DNA from: Candidatus Eiseniibacteriota bacterium
GTDB taxonomy: Bacteria; Joyebacterota; Joyebacteria; Joyebacterales; Joyebacteraceae
Direction of reading: 5' to 3'
DNA: 20,345 bases
Assembly: GCA_043819135.1 (NCBI GenBank)
Contig: JBDRFG010000027.1
Coordinates: 1 to 20,345 of the forward strand
Each line of letters opens with the position of its first letter. Positions within the stretch are counted from its first letter, which is position 1. The notes beneath the pieces are model-generated. The model saw nothing but the letters and a program-made list of their open reading frames with translations. It had not been told where the DNA came from and did not search any database. Both the position numbers and the translations under genes were made by a program. Shown one piece after another: positions 16,335 to 20,345 of the stretch.

Positions 16335-18959
16335 TCAACGCGGGTCACCGACAAAGAACCGCAACGTCCGCTTCTCGGCGAAGTCGTAGCCCAGATCGAG
16401 CAGAAGCTCGCCGTCAGCGTCCAGGAGCTTGAGAGCACCGTCATGGCCGATACTGTCTGGCGCGGAGCCTCATCCTTGAAGCTGTCCCGCCGGGCCACAA
16501 CGAGCCCGTCGCCGTCGGTGATGGTGTAGCTGTTCTCCGCGGCGCGTCCGAACCCTGGAGTCTCGACGTGGATCAGGAACTTCGGCGGGAGCACGTGCGG
16601 CGCGGCGATCGTGACGACCGCGCGGTCGTTGCTTCGGTTCTCGTCTCGTCCACCGTTCGGGTGCGCGACTTCGGTGAAGAATCTGGCTCCCTCCCCCATG
16701 CCCGTCCAGTCCGGCGCGGGAAGCGTGACCACCTTGCTCTCCAGGAACGCCAGCTCCCCCTCCCAGGCGAAGCTGCTCTCGCGACCATCCACCAGTCCGT
16801 AGAGGATCGTCAGCTCGGTCAGCGGAGCGGCGCCCATATTACGTACGCGGACCTGCGCCTCGCCGGACACAGGATTCAGCCTCTTGTACTCGCCTTGCGC
16901 CGAGGGCGCGATGACCTCCGCGACGGCAGCGTCCAGCTCGAAGCCGGGTGGACCGTAGGTGAAAAGCTGGTGCGACATGACGAACCGGCCGGCGGCCTCC
17001 CCGCTCTCGGGGTCGTAGGGCTCGATGCCGTAGTCGAGCACCACGTCGGAGCCGGGCTCGGTCCACGGCGCCAGCTCGTGCTCGTAGGTGTCGACGAACG
17101 TGCCGGGGCACCATCCGGCTCGGTCGAACTGCCACGTCCCACCCTGCGGGTGCACGGGGTTCATGCCACAGTCACGCCAGACCGCCCAGTGGAAACGATC
17201 CTGCCCGTCGACGGCCAGGGAGCGCTCCCTGGCATCCCACTCGCAACAGTTGCGCGGGCCCTCGTGCCCGTGACCGGAGATGCGTGAACGCACGCGGAAA
17301 CCGGTCGCCGCGGGGTCGAGCGCGAGCGCTACGGGCGCGAGCGCCTCGTCGTCGGCCAGCTCCTGATAGCCGTAGTCGGCTAGAGGCCACAGACTCCTGA
17401 TGCCCAGCACCTCGCGCGGCGGAGTGCCCTCCACGAACTCGAATGTGAGGTCGAGAAGCTCGAGCGTGTTGGCCGCCTGCAGGTCGACCACTCCTCGCAG
17501 GAGAGGGGCGTAGTCCGTGACGTCGTACAACCACGTGAACCCTTTCTCGCCCAGGTCGAGACCGAGGCCGTAGGGCGTGATGAACCGTGCGACCTCGAAC
17601 TTCTCCACGACCTCGAACGGCTCGCCGTACCACTCGTACGTGCCCTGCTCGAGCACGAGTGCGTCCTTCGCGGGCTCTTCCCGCAACAGTAAGCCGTCGC
17701 CGTCGAACCACGAGTCGAACGCCGGCCAGACGTCCGTGACCCGCGTCAGCGCTTCGGGGTTCTCTTCGTCCTCATACATCTTCACGCTGAGCCTGGGCGC
17801 GTGGACGCTCTCGGTACGGAGCACCGCCCGGGAACCCGGCTTCACGTCGGCACGGCCCGTGAGTCCGAACGGGACGGATTGCGGTTGGCCGAAGCTGGCC
17901 CCGTGATGGCCGTTCGGTGAGCTGTCGACGATGCGGCTTCCCGCCGGGTCGTTCTCGTCGAACCTGTAGTCGAGAAGGAGGTGCCTGAAGAACGGGTGGT
18001 CCGGGTCGACCGGACGGTGCCGCCACCGCGCGATGGCTTCCGCGTCGAGCGCCGCGTTCCACACGCGGACGTCGTCCAGGTCGCCCGCGTACCACTCGTT
18101 GTTCCTGTAGAGGTTCGCTCCGATGACGAAGCTGTCGATGGTCGGGATGTCCTTCTTCATGTTCCCAGCCTCGTGCCAGAGTTCGCCATTCAGAAAAGCG
18201 CGCATCTCGCCTGAGCGTGCGTCCTTGGCGAACGCCCAGTGGTTCCATCGGCCCTTGTAGTCACTCGGGTCGGCGGCCTTGCTCAGCCGGTTGTTGGCGC
18301 CCGAGAACCGTCCGCCCGCGTCCCAGTAGACCGTACCGGTCCCCCACGGCAGGTGGATGTTGGCGACGCGTCCGCCCTCGTTCCCCGCCTCAAACGATGT
18401 GGCCGTTCAAGGGCTGCCTGTCCGCGCCGCGGCACCAGAATTCGATGGTCAAGCTCGAGTCGACGCTCGCGACGGCCGCCGGCGGCACCGTGATGCAGTC
18501 GGTCCCACCGAATCGCATGTAGCGGTCGCCAGGGATCGTCCCGTCGGGATCGTCCCACCAGGTGTAGTGATGGAAGCTCGGTACCGTGAGATAGCTCAGC
18601 TCGTCCGGCGACTCGCCCCCGACGACGAAGTACGGGTGCGTAAACAGAGTGGAGTCCATGACGCCCGTGTGGACGTGCGCCGTCACATGCGTAGTGACGT
18701 CCCACTCCCCGCACGGGTACGGGTCGCCGGCAGTAGCCTCGTCACACTTGAGCGTGTAGCGCATGGTGATGCGCTCCCACGTGCGGTCGTCATCGGGGAA
18801 GTCGAACGTGGCGCGGCGCGTCTCGATGTCGTCAAACGTGAAGGTGCGGACGAGGAGAGTGTCGCCGGAGATCCCCGAGGTCCCGCCGCTGACAACACCG
18901 GCAAGCAGCCCGCAGAGAGAGAGACAAAGAACCGCCAGGATCGGGTGTCGCCCGTTCAT
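16335..18959 (-). pseudogene. Secreted peptide-N-glycosidase F-like protein with inserted LamG domain; two lesions (approx. 18401 and approx. 16470)
   Basis: Signal peptide, then CGEWD, LamG (TIEFW..NIHLPW..VYWDAG..WNHWAF..GDLDDVRVW), ARFITPYG, DVTDYAPLL, ISGHG, NPVHPQGGTWQFDRAGWCPG. Removing one base at approx. 18401 fuses the two ORFs. A coherent C-terminus (GSAPDSIG...GYDFAEKRTLRFFVGDPR*) lies in another frame and ends at 16335. Confidence 0.8.
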
Positions 18960-19209
18960 CAATAGTACGCTCCTTGTCAGAAGCCACAACCGTCGGAGCG
19001 AGCATAGCCAGTGAATCCCGGCCCGGCAAGGCGGGTTGCACGATTCGCGCGCGACGCAGTGGACATGGCGGCCCGTCGGAAGAATTCCGTCCCCGACCCG
19101 CGTGTGCGGAGGTCCCAGGGGCGGGCGACAGCAACGAGTGTAGCGCGAATTCGGGGGCCCGCACGCGGCCCTCGACCGTCCAAAAACTCAACCGCATCGT
19201 GCTTCTGTA

Positions 19210-19226
19210 TTGGCACATACATTGCA
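19210..19226 (+). promoter_or_regulatory. sigma54 (-24/-12) promoter
   Basis: TTGGCACATACATTGCA matches TGGCAC-N5-TTGCA, about 110 bp upstream of GTG 19338. Confidence 0.85.
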
Positions 19227-19337
19227 CATACCGGAGACCACTTGTGTTATCTGCTGTCACAGACAGCATCAGACGTGCCCTTGCGGACACGCGGCCAGAT
19301 GGCGCGGTGACGCGGGTTCCTGATGGAGGGCGCTAGC

Positions 19338-20345
19338 GTGGCTTCCGATAGATCCGCCCCCCGGACGAGGGCGTCGACGGAACACCAGATCATTCTCCTC
19401 GCGCTCGCCGCGAGCCTATTCGCATGGATAATGCGGGCGGCGCTCGACTTCTACTTCTACTCGGAGAAGAGCTTCTCCGAGGCTCTCCTTCTCAACATCT
19501 CAACCCGCGAGCTCTACAGCCGCGTGGCAATATCCACCGCCTTCCTTCTCACCGGTATCATCATCTCAAGCGCCGTCCGTCGACTGAGGTCCACGGAGGC
19601 GCGCGCGGCCCGCCTGGACCAGTGCGTCCGTTCCGTCCGGGCGATCAACCAGCTGATTACCAGGGTGCACGATCGCTCCGCGCTGTGCCAGAGGGCCTGC
19701 GACGAACTCGTCGTGGGTCTGGGCTATCACAGTGTCCAGGCCCGCCTCGATGGAGCCACTCGCGGGTTCGCGAAGCTAGCACCGGCCGAGCCACGCGCTG
19801 ACGGGAACTCCGCGCGGAAACCGGTGACCATACCCATCGGCTGCGATGGCGACAGGCTTGGCGAGCTAATCGTCACGCCCGGCCCGGCGCTCGAGTGGGA
19901 CATCGATGAGCGTGCCCTGCTGACCGAGGTGGCTGAGGACATCGCCTTCTCCGTGAAATCAATGAGCACGGCCGAGCATCTTCGTCAGCAGCGAGAAGAG
20001 GTCCAGACCATACTTGACTCTGTCTCTGCCTACATCTCCTACAAGGACCGCAGCGGGCGCTACATCCGGGTCAACAAGGCGCTTGCCGACATCGCGTGCA
20101 TCCCGAAGGAAGACTGGATCGGCAGGACGCTCAGCGAACTGGTGCCGCGGGCCGGCGAGGTGGTCATGTATGCCGATGAGGAGGTGCTCGCGACCGGCAA
20201 GGCCAGGCACAGCGCCCTGGAAGCGCTGGAGCTTCCGCAGGGAACGAGGTGGATACAGACGGACAGAGTGCCGCACAGAGACAGCAACGGGGTCGTCGTG
20301 GGCGTGATCGCCCTCTCCGTGGACGTGACGGACAGGATGGAGGCG
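19338..20345 (+). CDS. Membrane sensor, 2TM-GAF-PAS (partial; output domain beyond the window)
   Basis: Open frame of 336 codons running off the window end (absent from the ORF track), with a GGAGG RBS. Two TM helices, a GAF-like region (AINQLI..LCQRACDELV..ERALLTEVAEDIAF) and PAS/PAC (ILDSVSAYISYKDRSGRYIRVN..W..TDRVP..G.V.GVI....DVTD). Confidence 0.9.
   Translation, partial: MASDRSAPRTRASTEHQIILLALAASLFAWIMRAALDFYFYSEKSFSEALLLNISTRELYSRVAISTAFLLTGIIISSAVRRLRSTEARAARLDQCVRSVRAINQLITRVHDRSALCQRACDELVVGLGYHSVQARLDGATRGFAKLAPAEPRADGNSARKPVTIPIGCDGDRLGELIVTPGPALEWDIDERALLTEVAEDIAFSVKSMSTAEHLRQQREEVQTILDSVSAYISYKDRSGRYIRVNKALADIACIPKEDWIGRTLSELVPRAGEVVMYADEEVLATGKARHSALEALELPQGTRWIQTDRVPHRDSNGVVVGVIALSVDVTDRMEA

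Noticed and set aside
18390..18412. Programmed ribosomal frameshift or phase variation in the PNGase-like gene
   Set aside because: No slippery heptamer or homopolymer at the site, and a second lesion exists.
18990..19200. Possible riboswitch or ncRNA in the long intergenic region (also 8240-8330)
   Set aside because: No recognisable riboswitch or tRNA consensus by eye; an Rfam/Infernal scan would be needed to exclude it.

Overview
GC-rich window from a diderm bacterium, probably an anaerobe (inferred from outer-membrane barrels, lipoproteins and a superoxide reductase). It is dominated by cell-envelope genes. In order: the right end of an IS256-family element next to a decayed arylsulfotransferase-like remnant; an orphan type IV pilin with a sigma54 promoter; an ECF-sigma module (divergent lipoprotein | OM beta-barrel with Ig-like domains - ECF sigma - membrane anti-sigma - secreted protein with 7 Ig-like repeats); a stand-alone OM barrel; a GT39/TPR + Thr-type sulfatase-like operon; a 1Fe superoxide reductase with a signal peptide; a GT-C-like membrane protein; a Cys-rich conserved protein; a PNGase F-like/LamG gene broken in two places; and the 5' part of a 2TM-GAF-PAS sensor with a sigma54 promoter. 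The best candidate for a new system is the ECF module. The same 31-bp promoter layout (GGGAACA-N16-CCTCTAAT) precedes both the sigma gene and the divergent lipoprotein, and the OM barrel and the anti-sigma share a visibly homologous periplasmic Ig-like domain. This suggests a trans-envelope signalling circuit distinct from FecA/FecR. All calls were made by eye; no searches were run.
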